From the human T2T-CHM13v2.0 reference genome, Homo sapiens, in the NCBI RefSeq assembly GCF_009914755.1, contig NC_060934.1: 64,000 bases of DNA; one strand, 5' to 3'. This document shows positions 1-15,442 of this stretch, one piece after another. The translations under genes and the position numbers were made by a program. The notes beneath the pieces are model-generated. The model was not told the DNA's origin. It made no database searches and saw only the letters and a list, made by a program, of their open reading frames with translations. How positions within the stretch are numbered: the first letter of the stretch is position 1; each line of letters opens with the position of its first letter.

Positions 1-100
1 GGACATACCTAATCATAGTCCCACCATTAGGAGTTTGCAGACATATAAAGGCACCCTACAATTCTAACTGCAGGATCCCAAGGTAACTCGCACTGGCTGC

Positions 101-174
101 AAACAGGGAGCTCCTGCAAGTCCTTGGAGCTTGCCTCAAACAGGGAGCTCATGCAAGTCCTTGGAGCTTGCCTC
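101..174. repeat. 37-bp tandem duplication (2 copies)
   Basis: aaacagggagctcctgcaagtccttggagcttgcctc (101-137) is followed by an identical copy with one c>a change (138-174). Confidence 0.95.
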
Positions 175-1751
175 ATACATGAAACGTGGCATTTTGTCTC
201 TTGCTTTTAGATTTTAACCGTTTCCCTCTCCGAGGATGGAAGAACATCACATATTATTTGTTAGTCAAAGTATCACTCAGCTAACCTGGAAAGGCAGAGG
301 GCAATTTAATAACATATAGATGCTTTTCCTTCTAAAGTTGTACATACAGAAGTATATTTGTAACAAGAAGGTCAATAGAAAATTGAATGCCTAAAATAAT
401 ACCGTAGCTTCTCTTTTGAGCTCAATTGATTTGCTCCATATACGTCTGCTGAAAAACAAAGGTTTTAAACAATATATGCTATTCAGGGTCTGAATTAAAC
501 ATCTGTTGGTGTTCTCTAGTTGTAATAGGGTAACATAAGCAAAAAACAAAAAAAACAAAAAAAAAACAAAAGAGTATATCCTAAGAAATTCAGCATTAGT
601 CTATTCAGGGAATTTTTCCAAGAGAAGGAATAGCTTTGTTTTGACCCTTTTTACAAAACATCATCAGAACCAAAGGTCTTACACGTTAGAAGAGTTTTCA
701 TTTCATTACTTTTTTCAGCCTTACAAACAAAGCAGTACTTATCTACTAATTGTCTCACCTTCACCTCAGTGTCCCCAATACCTAGCATAAGCCTTGACAA
801 TAACAGGAGCTCAAAAACATTTGAATAGATGGAGTTCTTGTACACTTGAGATGAGGAAACTTTACCAAAATCAAGAAACATATTTTGTTAAAAATCTTGT
901 CCTCTAAGACTCAATCCCATCCAATTACCGCCTCACATGAAAAAAAAATGTTGTAGGTCTCAAGAAATCAGGCCAGGTTATTTTTGTAAAGAAACATTAA
1001 TTCAAGACCTAATGATGGCCCTTTGAAATATCAGTTATTAAATTCTGTTAAGCAAAGGCATAAACGAGATTCAAAGCCTCCCACTGCCTTTTCCCAATAT
1101 GTTCTAGTAAGAGCTTTTCTGTGTGATTCCGAAAGTTATTGTTTGGAAGCTCATGATACTACTGAGTCCCCCCAGAGTACAAAACAGCTTTTGAAGTTTA
1201 AGTCCAGACTAGAGGGGGTATCACAATGGAGGCTTAACCAACTGTAATGAGAAGCTGACAACAATGAAAGAAATATCTGCTGGGAGGGCAATAAATCCTC
1301 TCCCCTTAATAAATGTCTGACAGGAAAGGAACTCATGACGTCTCAGTGCTGTGAGCTTACAAATTAAATCAGAGGAGATGACTTGTTGATTGATACTGCA
1401 GGTAATCAGATAATTAACCAGTCATGGGCTGATAATGAGATACTTTTGGCTAATTAGAGGAAGACCAATGAATTTAATTCAGATGAAATGCTGCAAATAA
1501 AAGCCATTTAGAGAAAAGGGCAGGCAACTGGATAGATGGAAGGAAATGACAGTGGAGAGTGGAAGTTATACCATTCTGGTTAACAAATCATCCACTTATT
1601 CAGTGATCCAGGCTCAAACACCAAAGGCGTGGAAACTTCCCTGAGATGGGTTTGTAATCCAAAATCTAACATCCAGAAGAGAAAAATAAGTAGTGGGAAC
1701 ATTTTATTTAAATATTATTCCATTTCATTTAAAATGTTAAATAATAAAATT

Positions 1752-2131
1752 TGTAGGCGCCTATTGATTTGGACTAGGCTGCTGCACTGGGCCCAACAGA
1801 CCAAACCAATATGGAGTCACTCATGCTAAATGAAACTAATTAACTTAGGAGTGCACTTGGGTAAACAGCTGGGCTTTAGTTGGTTACAGCAGCTGAGCTT
1901 CAGTCAGTCAATTGCAGGCAGCCAGCTGATTCAAATAAGGCAAGATGCCGAGCTGTAACCAATTAAGCTGTCTCTATATCTCACTTCCATTTTCTGTCAG
2001 TAAATACTGTCTAATCACTTTGCTGGCTGGAGTTTTTTGAACCTGCTGTAGTTCTGAGGGCTGCCCAATTCTTGAATCATGAATAAAAGCCAACTAAGAT
2101 CTTTAAAGTTGTAATTTTTTGTCTTTTGACA
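1752..2131 (+). mobile_element. Solo ERV-class LTR, family not determined
   Basis: TG...CA ends, LTR-typical 'ccaaaccaatatggagtcactcatgctaaa' motif, AATAAA near 2082, 3' end 'gtcttttgaca'. Confidence 0.7.
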
Positions 2132-2436
2132 GTAATCTGAAATCTAATGCTCAGGGGGGAAAAAAAGTAGTGGAAGCCATATCCCAATAATGTCTTTATA
2201 TTTTCTCCTCAGCAACCCCTTAAGTGTGAGTTGAGTATAGAATAGTTAGATTTTCTTTGGGAGCCATTGGAAACAAGACTTTAAATTGAAGATAGATTTC
2301 AGTCCCAGAGGGGGCTTATTTGATCCAAAGGGATATAATCTAAGTGATTACACTTCCTATACGTATTTGAGAATACACTTTTTATTTCAAAGACAAGTAA
2401 GGCAACACCCTCCTCCCAGCTTATTCTTATAACCCC

Positions 2437-2813
2437 TGATATGGCTAGGCTTTGTGCCCCCACCCGAATCTCATCTTGAAATGTAGTCCCCATAATCCCC
2501 ACATGTCATGGGAGAGACCAGGTGGAGGTAATTGAATCATGGGGGCAGTTTCTCCCATGCTGTTCTCGTGATAGTGAGCTCTCACGAGATCTGATGGTTT
2601 TATAAGGGGCTCTTCCCCAGCTCTGCTCAGCACTTCTTCTTCCTGCCACCTTGTGAAGAAAGCACGTTGCTTCCCATTTGCCTTCTGCCATGATTGTAAA
2701 TTTCCCAGAGCCTTCCCCAGCCATGCTGAACTGTGAGTCAATTAAACCTCTTTCCTTTATAAATCATTCACTCTTAGGAAGTTCTATATAGCTGTATGAA
2801 AACAGATAATACA
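2437..2813 (+). mobile_element. THE1 (THE1C/D-like) MaLR solo LTR
   Basis: Starts 'tgatatggctaggctttgtgcccccacccgaatctcatcttgaa', ends 'gaaaacagataataca'; perfect 5-bp TSD ACCCC (2432-2436 / 2814-2818). Confidence 0.92.
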
Positions 2814-3199
2814 ACCCCTTTCCTCTTGTCAAAATACACGCTATCCTTCTGAACCTACTCTCCCTATGCGCCAGTAAGACCAAAAGAGAACTACAGCCAT
2901 GAGGCATTAGGAAGTGGGCAATGAAAACCACTTAGGACATCTCTGCTTCTCTATTTTTCCGATTGACCCTTTCTCTGTTACACTCTTCCCCCTTCTCCCC
3001 TGCCTCCTCACTTCCTCTTTCTTCCTTCAACCGTAATAAATCCACACGAAAGAATTCAACATGCTTCTTAGTTTCCAGCATATGATCATCGTCAAGTGAT
3101 GCGGAGCCTTTATTTCTTGTAACATTTTCTCTGAGTTGACTCCTTTAAACCACACACTCCCTCTCCTTTACTGAATAGGTGCTCAGTCTACTCAATCTC

Positions 3200-4580
3200 T
3201 ATGTGTATGTATATTATTAAAAAGCATATTGGATAGATTTTTATATGCTGCAATTTACATAAATATATGGTGCTATAAATTTTGTTTCTTGCTTTTTTTC
3301 ATTCCACAATGTGTTGTTGAGATTTAGTCTTGTAGTTATGTAAATTTAGTTCATTACTTCTGATTGCTGCTTCAAGTTCTATCATATGGCCTTTTATTTG
3401 CTGAATTGCATGAATATCTAGTATGTTCTCGATTGCAACCTCTTAAGCATTTTAGGCATTGAAAACGTGTTATCTCTCACCACCTCTTAGCTTTGCTATG
3501 ATGTCCCTTAAGCAGAAGACTTTCATTTTGATGTGCAGTCCATCATTCTCATTACAGCCTTGTTTTATGATCTTGCTTCAGAACAAGGTTACAAAAATAC
3601 TTCTTACCTTTTCTCTTGTCAGCTTTAAACACTTACCTTTTATACTTATATTTTCAACCGTTTGTAATTTTTTATATTTTATATTTATATATATTTATAT
3701 ATTAATATATAATATAGTTTTATATTTATATATTATATATAATATAGTTTTATATTTTATATAGTTGTATATATACATATAAATGTATATATTGTGTGTA
3801 TATATGTATATAAAAATATATATTTTATATATATACATACACACACACACACACACACAAATCTCCATATAATGAACCAGATTTCTCAACATCATTAGCT
3901 ACATAATCCATTCTTTCCCCATACATGCGTGGAATCGTTTTCATTACATAGCAAGTCTGCATGGATTCATGGATTTCTCTCAAGGCTATTCTGTTGTCTA
4001 TTACTGTGCTTTAGTATTCATTCTTTATTACTGTAGCATTGCAATATGTGTGATAGTTGGTAAGGTAATTTCTTCCACTTTGTTTTTCTGTTTCAAAATG
4101 ATCTTGTCCATTTGTGAGGTTTTATTCCTCAATTTAAATGTTGGCGTCAGTTTGTCAAGTTCTATCAAATGACCACCAGGATTTTGCTTGGAATTGTACT
4201 GAATTCACAGATTAACTCGGAAAGAACTGATACTTTTGATAGGTTATGCAATTCGTGATCATAGTATATATTCCCACTTATTTAGCTCTCCTTTAATATA
4301 CCTTAATAGAGTTCTGATATTTTTCTCATGAAGGACCTTGTATATTATTTATTAATTACTGGATACTTTAGCATTGGAGCTATTATAGGTGATGTCTTAT
4401 TTTCTATTATATTTTCTAATTGATGACTATTTAAACAAATGTTATTGATTTATGTATGTTGATATTTTTTAATTGGAAACTTCACTAAACTCTTACTAAT
4501 TACCAGTTTATTCTATTGATTTGGATAGGACTCAAATGTGAATAAGCTTTATGGATGAGCAAGTCATCTATAAATAATGA
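3200..4580 (-). mobile_element. Ancient L1M fragment(s), interrupted by an AT/CA microsatellite
   Basis: T-rich degenerate antisense L1 ORF2 phrases such as 'ggattttgcttggaattgtactgaattcacagattaactcggaaagaactgata'; boundaries approximate. Confidence 0.65.
3670..3858. repeat. (TA)n-rich low-complexity tract followed by (CA)n
   Basis: Nearly pure A/T alternation, an internal ~30-bp repeat 'atatataatatagttttatattt', then about (CA)10. Confidence 0.9.
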
Positions 4581-4581
4581 C

Positions 4582-5270
4582 TTTTTTATTTTCTTCTAAC
4601 TTTTATTTTAAGTTCAGGGGTACAAATGCAGGTTTGTTACATAGGTAAAGTTGTGTCATGGGGGTTTGTTGTGCAGATTATTTCATCACTCGGGTATTAA
4701 GCCGAGTACACAGTTATTTTTCCTGATCTTCTCCCTCCTCCCAGCCTCCACCCATTGAAAGGCACCAGCGTGTGTTGTTTCCTTCTATGTGTCCATGTGT
4801 TCTCATCATTTAGCTCCCACTTATAAGTAAAAACATGTGGTATTTGGTTTTCTGGTCCTGTGTTGTTTTGCTAAGGATAATGGCCTCCAGCTCCATCCAC
4901 ACTCCTGCAAAGGACATGACCTCATTATTTTTTGTGACTGCATAGAATTCCATGGTATATATGTACGCCCTATCTTTTTCTTTATCCAGTCTATCATTGG
5001 TGGGCTTTTAGGTTGATTCCATGTCTTTGCTATTGTGAATAGCGCTGCAATGAACATACACATGCATGTGTCTTTATAACAGAATGATTTATATTCCTTT
5101 GGGTATGTCCCCGGTAGTAGGATTACTGGGTCAAATGGTATTTCTGACTTTAGGTCTTTGAAGAATCTCCATGTTGTCTTCCACAATGGTCGAACTAATT
5201 TACACTCTCACCATTACTGTGTAAGTGTTCCTTTTTCTCCACAACCTCGCCAGCATCTATTATTTTTTTA
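4582..5270 (-). mobile_element. 5'-truncated L1 (older L1PA/L1PB type): 3' UTR plus ORF2 C-terminus
   Basis: Antisense 3' UTR 'ttttattttaagttcaggggtacaaatgcaggtttgttacataggtaaa'; ORF 4821-5186 (WRFFKDLKSEIPFDPVILLPGTYPKEYKS...FIAALFTIAKTWNQPK) matches the L1 ORF2p C-terminus. Confidence 0.92.
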
Positions 5271-5733
5271 AAAGTCAAAAATTAGTGACCTTTAAAGTTT
5301 TCCTCTTTTCCTCACTTCTGGTCTAATTCTATATCCTTATTTACTCTTCATTTTGTAAAAATGATTTAACTGATGAGTTTAGAAGAAACTAGGCATATGT
5401 AGCTCAGTCCTTTCTGTGTATCCCATTTGGGAGCTCACCTGCCCAAGAACTCCTTCACACCGTCAGCTATGCAGTGAGGTCAGCCTAATTGTCTGTCTGT
5501 GCCAACAGCAGGGTAAATCTCTAAAATTCAGAGGTAAAATGACTGCAAATCCACCAGACTGGCTGATCCAAGCCCATTCTTCAATATCAGCTTCATCAGT
5601 TATAAGGTAATGTTTTATTTCCATCTACCTTACTCACATGTCTTTGTCTGTTTTTTTCTGACTTGATGTGGTATAAAGATGGTGTTATTTATTATCCCCT
5701 TAACACCTGCACACCTTCTGATCGTTATACCTC

Positions 5734-6355
<622 letters not shown>

Positions 6356-6409
6356 TATGCCTTCTAGATTTTCAAATTTATCACTGCTTTTGTTCATAGT
6401 ATTTTTTTG

Positions 6410-7275
<866 letters not shown>

Positions 7276-7279
7276 TGCT

Positions 7280-9170
7280 GTGTTTTTGTTCAAATCTTAC
7301 AGTTATATTGGTAGATATTTTCACCTTCAAATTCTGTTGGATGCTTACTTTGCATCTTCTCCCCTTTTTCCTTGATTAATATAGCCAGAAATTTGTCTTA
7401 TTAGTCTTCAAAGAACCAACTTTATTAATTACCTAAATTGCTTCTTTCTGTTCTCATTAATTTCTGTCCTTATCCTTATTGTTACATTCCTTCTTGTTTC
7501 TTTTTATTGACTTTGCTGCTTTTTATCTACCCTTTAGAGTTGAATGCTAAACTTTTTTGTAGTAACCTTTTTGTTGTTGCTCTCTGTTATATGTAATGAA
7601 AGGTTTAAATTTCCCTCTAAATATCGCTTTAGCTGCATCTCACAAATTTAAAATGTGGCACCTTCATTATCACTCACCTTTAAGTGAATGCAATTTGTCT
7701 GATGATTTCTTCCTTAACCAATGAATGCTTATCTCACCCCTTCCCTCAACATAGGACAATTTTTTTAGTTATACAAGTTATTCATTTCTAATTTTGTTGC
7801 ATTATAAGAAAATATAATATTGGTTTTTGATTCTTTGGAACTTATTAAGGCTTCTTTTGTGTTTTACATGATACTATTTGTTATTTTTCCAAGAATGCTA
7901 AGAATATAGCTTTTTATACACAGTCCAGATTATTTATCATATTAATTCAGATTTATCTCTTTGTTTATATTTTCTGCATGATCTGTCACTTATTAAAAAT
8001 GTTGTCTTATAATCTCCAGCTCTAGTTGCTGATCTATACATGCTCTCTGTTGCTTTATTCAGTTGCATATTTTAAGGTGCATTTTGATTCACAATTATAA
8101 TCTCTCCTAGCTCCTTTCACAATGTATAACTTTCCTCTTTAACTCACGTGATGTTTTCCCCTTTTAATTTAATTTTGTCTAATGTGAACATTGTTATACA
8201 AGAGTTTGTTGTTAATATCTGTACAAGCTATACTTTCAATTTTTCTGTATTTTTGTTATATATATCTCCTGGGAGCAACATATTTTTAAATCTCACTTTT
8301 TAAAATCCAACAGCACTTAAGCAGTTCCTTTTCCCTCTTTCTTGTCTCCCACTGAATAAATCATGTGTTCTTCTTGAACAGTTAACTTCTTATTTCTATT
8401 CATTTAATGGTTTCTCCTTATAAAATTCCCATTAAGTTGTAACATTAATTTGTAATTTTTATAATAACTAAATTTATACTCATTGAGAGTGTTTACTTTG
8501 TATTGTCATGGCTATGCTTTGGTTTTTGTAAGAAGGAAGTACAGGAGGTCATTGCACATCTAAGCAACAATAAAACTTATCTACTCACCCATACTTCCTA
8601 TACCTCATTTTTCTCTCCTGAATTAATCTCTTCTCTTTGCTAGAGTATTTCTTTCAAATATGTTCTTGAAGTAGGAAACAATTTTTAGGCCCTGTCAACC
8701 TGAAAATATCTTTATCTCACAATCATATTTAAATAAAAACTTAACTGGTTACAAAGTTCTAGGTTCAAAAATGTCTATGTTCAGCATTGAAAAAATATTA
8801 TTTCACTGTCTTCTTGCATAAAGCATTACTGTTCTATTTCTTCCTGGAACATGCATTGAATCAATGCTGATACTTTTCTGTCTTCCATGTCTCTCAATGT
8901 TAATTTTATTCTCTTCATCTCATTAACCCTTCCTGGTACTCTCTGGGACAATTCCTCAACTTGAAATTCCAGGTTACTAGTTTAGTCTTTGGAAGTATCC
9001 ATTCAGTTTTTCAACACATCTACTGAGTTTTTCATTTCTATACTTATATTTTTCATGCCCAGGATCTCCCATTGTTTCTTATCTGTAACTACTTGTTCTT
9101 ACTTCGTGTTCAAATATCACTCCTTCCCTTTTAAAAGATATTTACTAGGCTTATTTTAAGTGTCTCTAGT
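7280..9170 (-). mobile_element. Ancient L1M body remnants
   Basis: Long T-rich degenerate antisense L1 sequence ('ttcaaagaaccaacttt', 'ttccctctaaatatcgctttagctgcatctcacaaattt'); boundaries approximate. Confidence 0.65.
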
Positions 9171-11119
9171 AGATATTTCTTGATATACTGCCTTTCAGGG
9201 TGTGTGTGCTCCAAAGAAGTCTTCTTAAACAACTCCTAAATCCGCACCCCCAAACCTTGCATGTCCCTTGGGAATTTCAGTTGACACGGAGAGTAATGTA
9301 TACCTGAAGGAGAATCAAAATCTTAGACTGTGAGTTTAGGGGTGGGGAGTATGCTTTAAGCTGCACAGCTTCAGATGTTTCTATCAGGAATCAACCACTT
9401 CCAGTTTGCTTTCTCCTACCTCTCCCTACCCTGTACCTCCTGAGACCTCACCCTCAGAGAGCCCCGGTAACTTCTCTCTTCCAACTGCTCCTCTCTGCTT
9501 TGGGGTTGGAGAGGTAAGGAGGAAATTTTCAGGGGCTGGCCAGCTTCCCCACACTTATTCTCACTCCAGAGGGTCTCCAGCTCTGTGCCGATGTTGGCTA
9601 ACTGCTCTGATACATTCTGATTTGGGGAGGTGCTTTGCCACTCAAACAATAGGAGATCAATAGCCCACTGAGGTCAGGGTAAGAGAGATAAAAGGTACAC
9701 TCAGCCAGCATTCCAAGCACGTATCCCATCTATGGCCCTGGGCTTCTCCTGATATAGGCTATCATCTTCCTATCACACAGGAATTTAACTATCTTTCATC
9801 TTCCCATGGGTTTTTCATGGTTTTGGTGTTAAGTGCGGGGATCCATCCACATGTCTTCTGTTTCTTTCCCTAAAATCTCCTAAGTTGGATTTGAGGAAGG
9901 GAGGCAATGGCTTATGTTAATTTTCCATGTTGTCCAGAATTGAAATTTTTTCTAAAGATTGTGAGTGTTGATGATTATGGGAACCATGAGGCCTATAGCC
10001 CCATTAAATGCACAATGCCTAGCACATAGTAGGTTCTCACTAAACACTGCTTCAATAAACTGGTAAATTTATTCAAAGATATTTTAGATGATATGTAATG
10101 TCATGTTCTGTATTTTAACTTTTTATAGTTATACTTTGCTTGAAAAAAATTACATTGTTTTGGCTGGCCTAAAAAGGGAGAGTGATTGCATTTTAATAGC
10201 TTAATCACAAAGAAAGCCCCAAAACAGAGTAAATAGTGCAGGCAGATACAAGGCTAGGATAGATTTCCAATTACATTGACATTTTTCTTTCTGATACCTA
10301 AGCTTCTCTGGCTTTGAAATCCATTTTCAGGCTGCATATAATCATGTTAATACTGTGAGACTTTCAGCATTTATTAGTGCTGTTATTTTCATCTATACAG
10401 CTCCTTCTTCAGACGAACTGAATATGTTTTACAAGAGCCTACAGAACAGACATCAATTCTTTGAGTCTCATGAGAAGGTGGAAAACACTGAAGAACGAAT
10501 GATTAACCACTCTTTCTACTATTTATTACTTCTTAAAGAAGAAATCAGAAAGGAAAAGAGAGAAGGAGAAAAGGAAAGGAAATCAGAGAGAAGGAAAGAA
10601 AGGGAAGGAAAAACACACAAAAGGAAGACAGCCTGCCCTCACCTCTTCTCAGTTGTCTTCTTTCCCTTGAGTTTCTGCTCTGTCCTAACCTGCTGTTCTG
10701 CCCCTGGGTGCCTGGCCCTGGACTTCTCTTTTTATTTCAAATGGGCTCTTGTGGCTACTCTATAATCTCCATGTTCACCTCTGTGAAGTCTTAATGTGTA
10801 TTTCACAATGGCAATCCTGGGCTCTTTTCCCTGTCTTCTAACCACCCCCTTCCTGCTATTGTCTCAACAAAACTGTCGCCTTTGTTGAGAAATTTGGAAA
10901 TGTCCACCAGAAGCTTTATCTTATCCTCCTCTTTACGATGGAAAATTCTTCTCTGCACATTCAACCATCCTTTCTCCCTACAGCTGCAGGGGTTCCTTTC
11001 TAGCTCCTTCATTGCCATCTCCTCCTCTTCTTCTCTCTTCTGTTGCTGCCTTGGATGCCTCTTTCTTACTTTTCCTCCTCCTATTTCTCTTTGTAAATCA
11101 GTATTTTATCTATTGATCA

Positions 11120-11300
11120 CTTAATGGGTACTTAGCACTGTGTGAAGCTAAGTATTTCATAAATTACCTCACTTAAAGGTCACAATATCCCAATGAAATA
11201 TATAGTATTACTACCCCTGTTTTACAAGAGATGCTTTTAAGGTTTAGAGAAATCAAGTAACTTGTCAAAGGTTGCACAGCTTATAACCAGTAGATTTCAT
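11120..11300 (-). mobile_element. MIR
   Basis: Antisense MIR core 'ccctgttttacaaga...agagaaatcaagtaacttgtcaaaggttgcacagct'. Confidence 0.7.
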
Positions 11301-11389
11301 TAGCTCCTTCCCCTTGGCCTTCAAACATGAACATGTTTTGGCTATTCAACTAAGAAAATAAATGAATTGCCTCTCTTGAGGCATAGTTC

Positions 11390-11635
11390 TATCCCTCCTT
11401 TTAGTTGTTAGTTTACTTGTCAAGCAAATAACTACCTATGTTCCTATTTTCTCAGCATCAAAACCTGCCTTATATCTTTGCATTCTGACTTCTTCATTCT
11501 GCCATTCTGCCATTGTTAGAGTGACCTCTCCAAAGTCACCAGTGGCCACCTTCTCTCTGAACAAATGACCTTTATAATTCTTTTCCTTGACCCCTCTGTA
11601 GCTGTTGATGCTATTGATAATCCTGCCTTTGAATT
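11390..11635 (+). mobile_element. L2 fragment
   Basis: 'ccaaagtcaccagtggccacc...ccttgacccctctgtagctgttgatgctattgat' resembles the L2 RT region. Confidence 0.55.
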
Positions 11636-12445
11636 TCACCTGCTGGCCAACGTGGCTTACTATGCAAATTTGTGCGGTCAGTCAGATGTGCTGTTAGATA
11701 ATGCAGTTGTGAACACATGGGTGAGCCACTAATGGATGCACCCCAAGCCCGTGGCCAGAAATTCTCATTTTCTTTGAGGGTCAGGAGGCATAAATTATCT
11801 TCAGGATGGGAAGGATATTTTATAGATACAGGGCTATTTTTGCAGGAGAACAAATGATTTACCTCTTCTGAATAATGCAGAATCATGTGTGGTGACCCTA
11901 TGTGCATAAAACTCTTACATCTTGAGGGTCTAGGTAACAAGGTAATAATTGTATTTGCAACAAAATATAAGTAACCCTGATGAAACTACAAGGATATGGG
12001 GTCTTGAGGGAATTAGGTGGGAGTAGAGTTGGGAGGAGTGTTTTTCATTTTTATTGAATGGTTTGGTAGAAAATGAATCTCCCGGGGATATTTTATATGT
12101 AACTTTGCCAAAGAGTCTCCTAATTACTCTCGTAGAAGTATGTGTGAATATCACAGAGTATTTATTTTCTCTGATGATTTCACAGTTTCTAAAATGAAAG
12201 AAGTAGCTCAAACAAAATAGTTACAGATGTTATTCCTCTGCCACATAGTTTGGAAAAAGTGGGGTCTCTGGTTGACTGGAAACATGAATGCATGTGATTT
12301 AACACACCCAAGAGAATGAGGTTGGTGAATTTTTTAATGGAGAATATACTTAACATTTACATAGAAATTTACAGCATCCAAACTACATTCACACTTATTA
12401 TCCCCACTGCCTTCTTTCAGCTCTTTGGATAAAATGGGGATTCTG

Positions 12446-12767
<322 letters not shown>

Positions 12768-14342
12768 TTACAGATCAGGAAATAAAAGTCCTGACAGTTG
12801 ATACTGCTTGACCAAGTCTCCATTAGGCCAAGGGTTCACAACCAGGTCCCTGCCCCCAGCCAGGGCTAAGTTCCATCTTCCTCCAGCCCGTTGTGTGCAG
12901 ATGATTAGTGAATTAAGGGGAGTGGGAGTGGGCTGCCGCAAGAGGGCCTGGCACAGGCATGCAGGCAAGCATGGTGGCTCAGTTCACAAATATTAATGAA
13001 ACTGTATGGAGGAAGAAAATTTACTTCCCCAAAAGATAAAAGCCTATTCAGTTGGTGTCAGAGGGCAGCATTATTCTGCTAAAAGGACAAATTTGAGCAT
13101 GATTCATTCTTGGCAGCTCCATTACTAAGGGCAGTGGGTGTTTCCAAGTGAAACCAGCTGAATTTTCTACTGAGATGGACTCTCCAAGTTGCTGGATGAA
13201 GTATTAATGTGCACTGCGGAAGCTCAAAGAGCATTTAGGTATTGCCTATGAACTTCTGGTTAGAACACCAAAATCCAGAGTGAGGAAGTCATCTAACAAT
13301 GTTATAAAAATGTAAGAGGAATGGAAATTTCTATCCCTCTGAAGCAAAAACATGTGTGGAGAAGAACTTCAGGGATGCCAGTCCAGCCACAGATCCCTGA
13401 GTGTCACCCCCTCCACCTTTGCACTCCCTGCCACACACACAGAAATGCATATACACAACACATGCACACGCATGGGCTTGGGCCCCAGCAGCCATACTTC
13501 TGTTATGTGACCCTGACCTCTCAGCCATAGGTGCTTACAACAGGTGTGGACATGTGGACACCTGACCCAAGCTGCACCACTCAATTCCTCTCTCTCCAGA
13601 ATTAAAGTCAAGAGAAAAAGCAAATGGGAAAATATTGCTGAGTAATGTGGATGTCAAGTCTCTAGAAGAAAAATCCACAACCTTGGGCCCTAGAGGTTCC
13701 TACTTCATTCTTCCTTTTTCCTGATCACTGGGTTATTTGGCTTTTTCTTTGACTTTTGGAGCTACTGCCTCAGGATCCTTCCAGCAAATTTTGCCTGAGC
13801 TTAAGCTAATTTGAAGTGGGTTTGTGACATTTGCAACCAAAAGAATTTCAACTAAGCTATGAGACAGCCCCCAGGCAACTGATAAATACCCTCTCCTAAT
13901 GCTGCTTCATCCTGTCTATTATAGATTTAATAATTAGCTGGTTAAATTATCAATTTATGCAAGTAACTATCACAAGTTGAAACACTTATTTTTAAAAGCT
14001 ATCTCTTTTTTTGGAAAGTTTGGCTCTTAAATAGCTATTAGAAAATATACTTTAAAGTTAAATAAGTTACATATGTCTCTGTACACACATATACGCAGAG
14101 ACACTAATATTGGAAAGTTAATTGAATTGTCAATTGTGTAATATGAAATTTTAAGTTTAAAGTTCGTTTTTAGTTTTGTCAATTATAAAATACTGTTTAC
14201 TTGTTGCAGAAAATTTGAAATTGTGTTAGTTTTGTCCCACACATTATACCACAGGGCTTTACTTATAGTTTATCTGATCCTAATCACAATCTATAAGGTA
14301 ATCACTATCCCTGTTTAAAGACAAGAAACTGTATGTTGTATA

Positions 14343-14384
<42 letters not shown>

Positions 14385-14410
14385 AGAGGAGAGAAGAGAG
14401 AGAGAGAGAG
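14343..14410. repeat. Compound (GT)n(GA)n microsatellite
   Basis: About (GT)9 directly joined to a GA-rich tract. Confidence 0.95.
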
Positions 14411-14940
14411 AACCCAAATCATTAAATCAAACAAGTTTATAGCACAGACTAACCGTAAAACATATGGAAAAGGATAATGATTACTATAAAGCAATTCATA
14501 ATACCTATCATCTTTGGGAGCAAATGCATGCAGAAAAAGCTTACTTTGGAGAACCTATTCAGATTTATGCTCTGCAGCCAACATAAATATGAAAAAAAGT
14601 CTATACATTTCCACTGCATTTGGCAAAAATAAGTAAGAGTGAGGGATGCCCTGGATACACTTGCTGAGTCACACTTGCCACTGAGGCAGGCAGGAGGGAG
14701 CATAGCATCATGGAAAATAATCATTCGTAGGCAGCTTTGATGTGAACGTGGTTTGCATGGTTTAAGGAGGTATGCTCTTGTCAACAATACCACAGCTTCC
14801 ATGTCAAAAGGCAGGTCTCTCCTAAGAACATTAAGCATGTACTTATCTCCTCTAAGACGTGAGCAGATTCTATTTTACACACCCGTGTGGAAGTCAGCGG
14901 GGTATTTTAAGGGCTCCCTCAGTTATTAAATTGACATTTA

Positions 14941-15258
<318 letters not shown>

Positions 15259-15442
15259 CTATTTTTACTAGAAAAGTTTGAACTTACAACTAGCAAAAAT
15301 AATAAACTCTTCTATTGATATCTGGATGAATGTCCTTTCATACTTTTCTAAATATCTATATAAACACACTATATTTCATGAAAATGAGGTGAAAAATGCC
15401 TGCTTTATTTTACATAACAATATATCGTCAGCATTTTGTCAT

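Noticed and set aside
4821-5186. 121-aa ORF with real protein similarity
   Set aside because: Frameshifted remnant of the L1 ORF2p C-terminus, not a host gene.
10355-10765. 136-aa ORF with a charged E/K/R stretch
   Set aside because: The charged segment is the translation of a GA-rich low-complexity tract; GTG start and a weak splice donor.
11662-11669. Octamer ATGCAAAT
   Set aside because: A single 8-mer is expected by chance in 64 kb; no adjacent SOX site or snRNA-type promoter or gene is recognisable.
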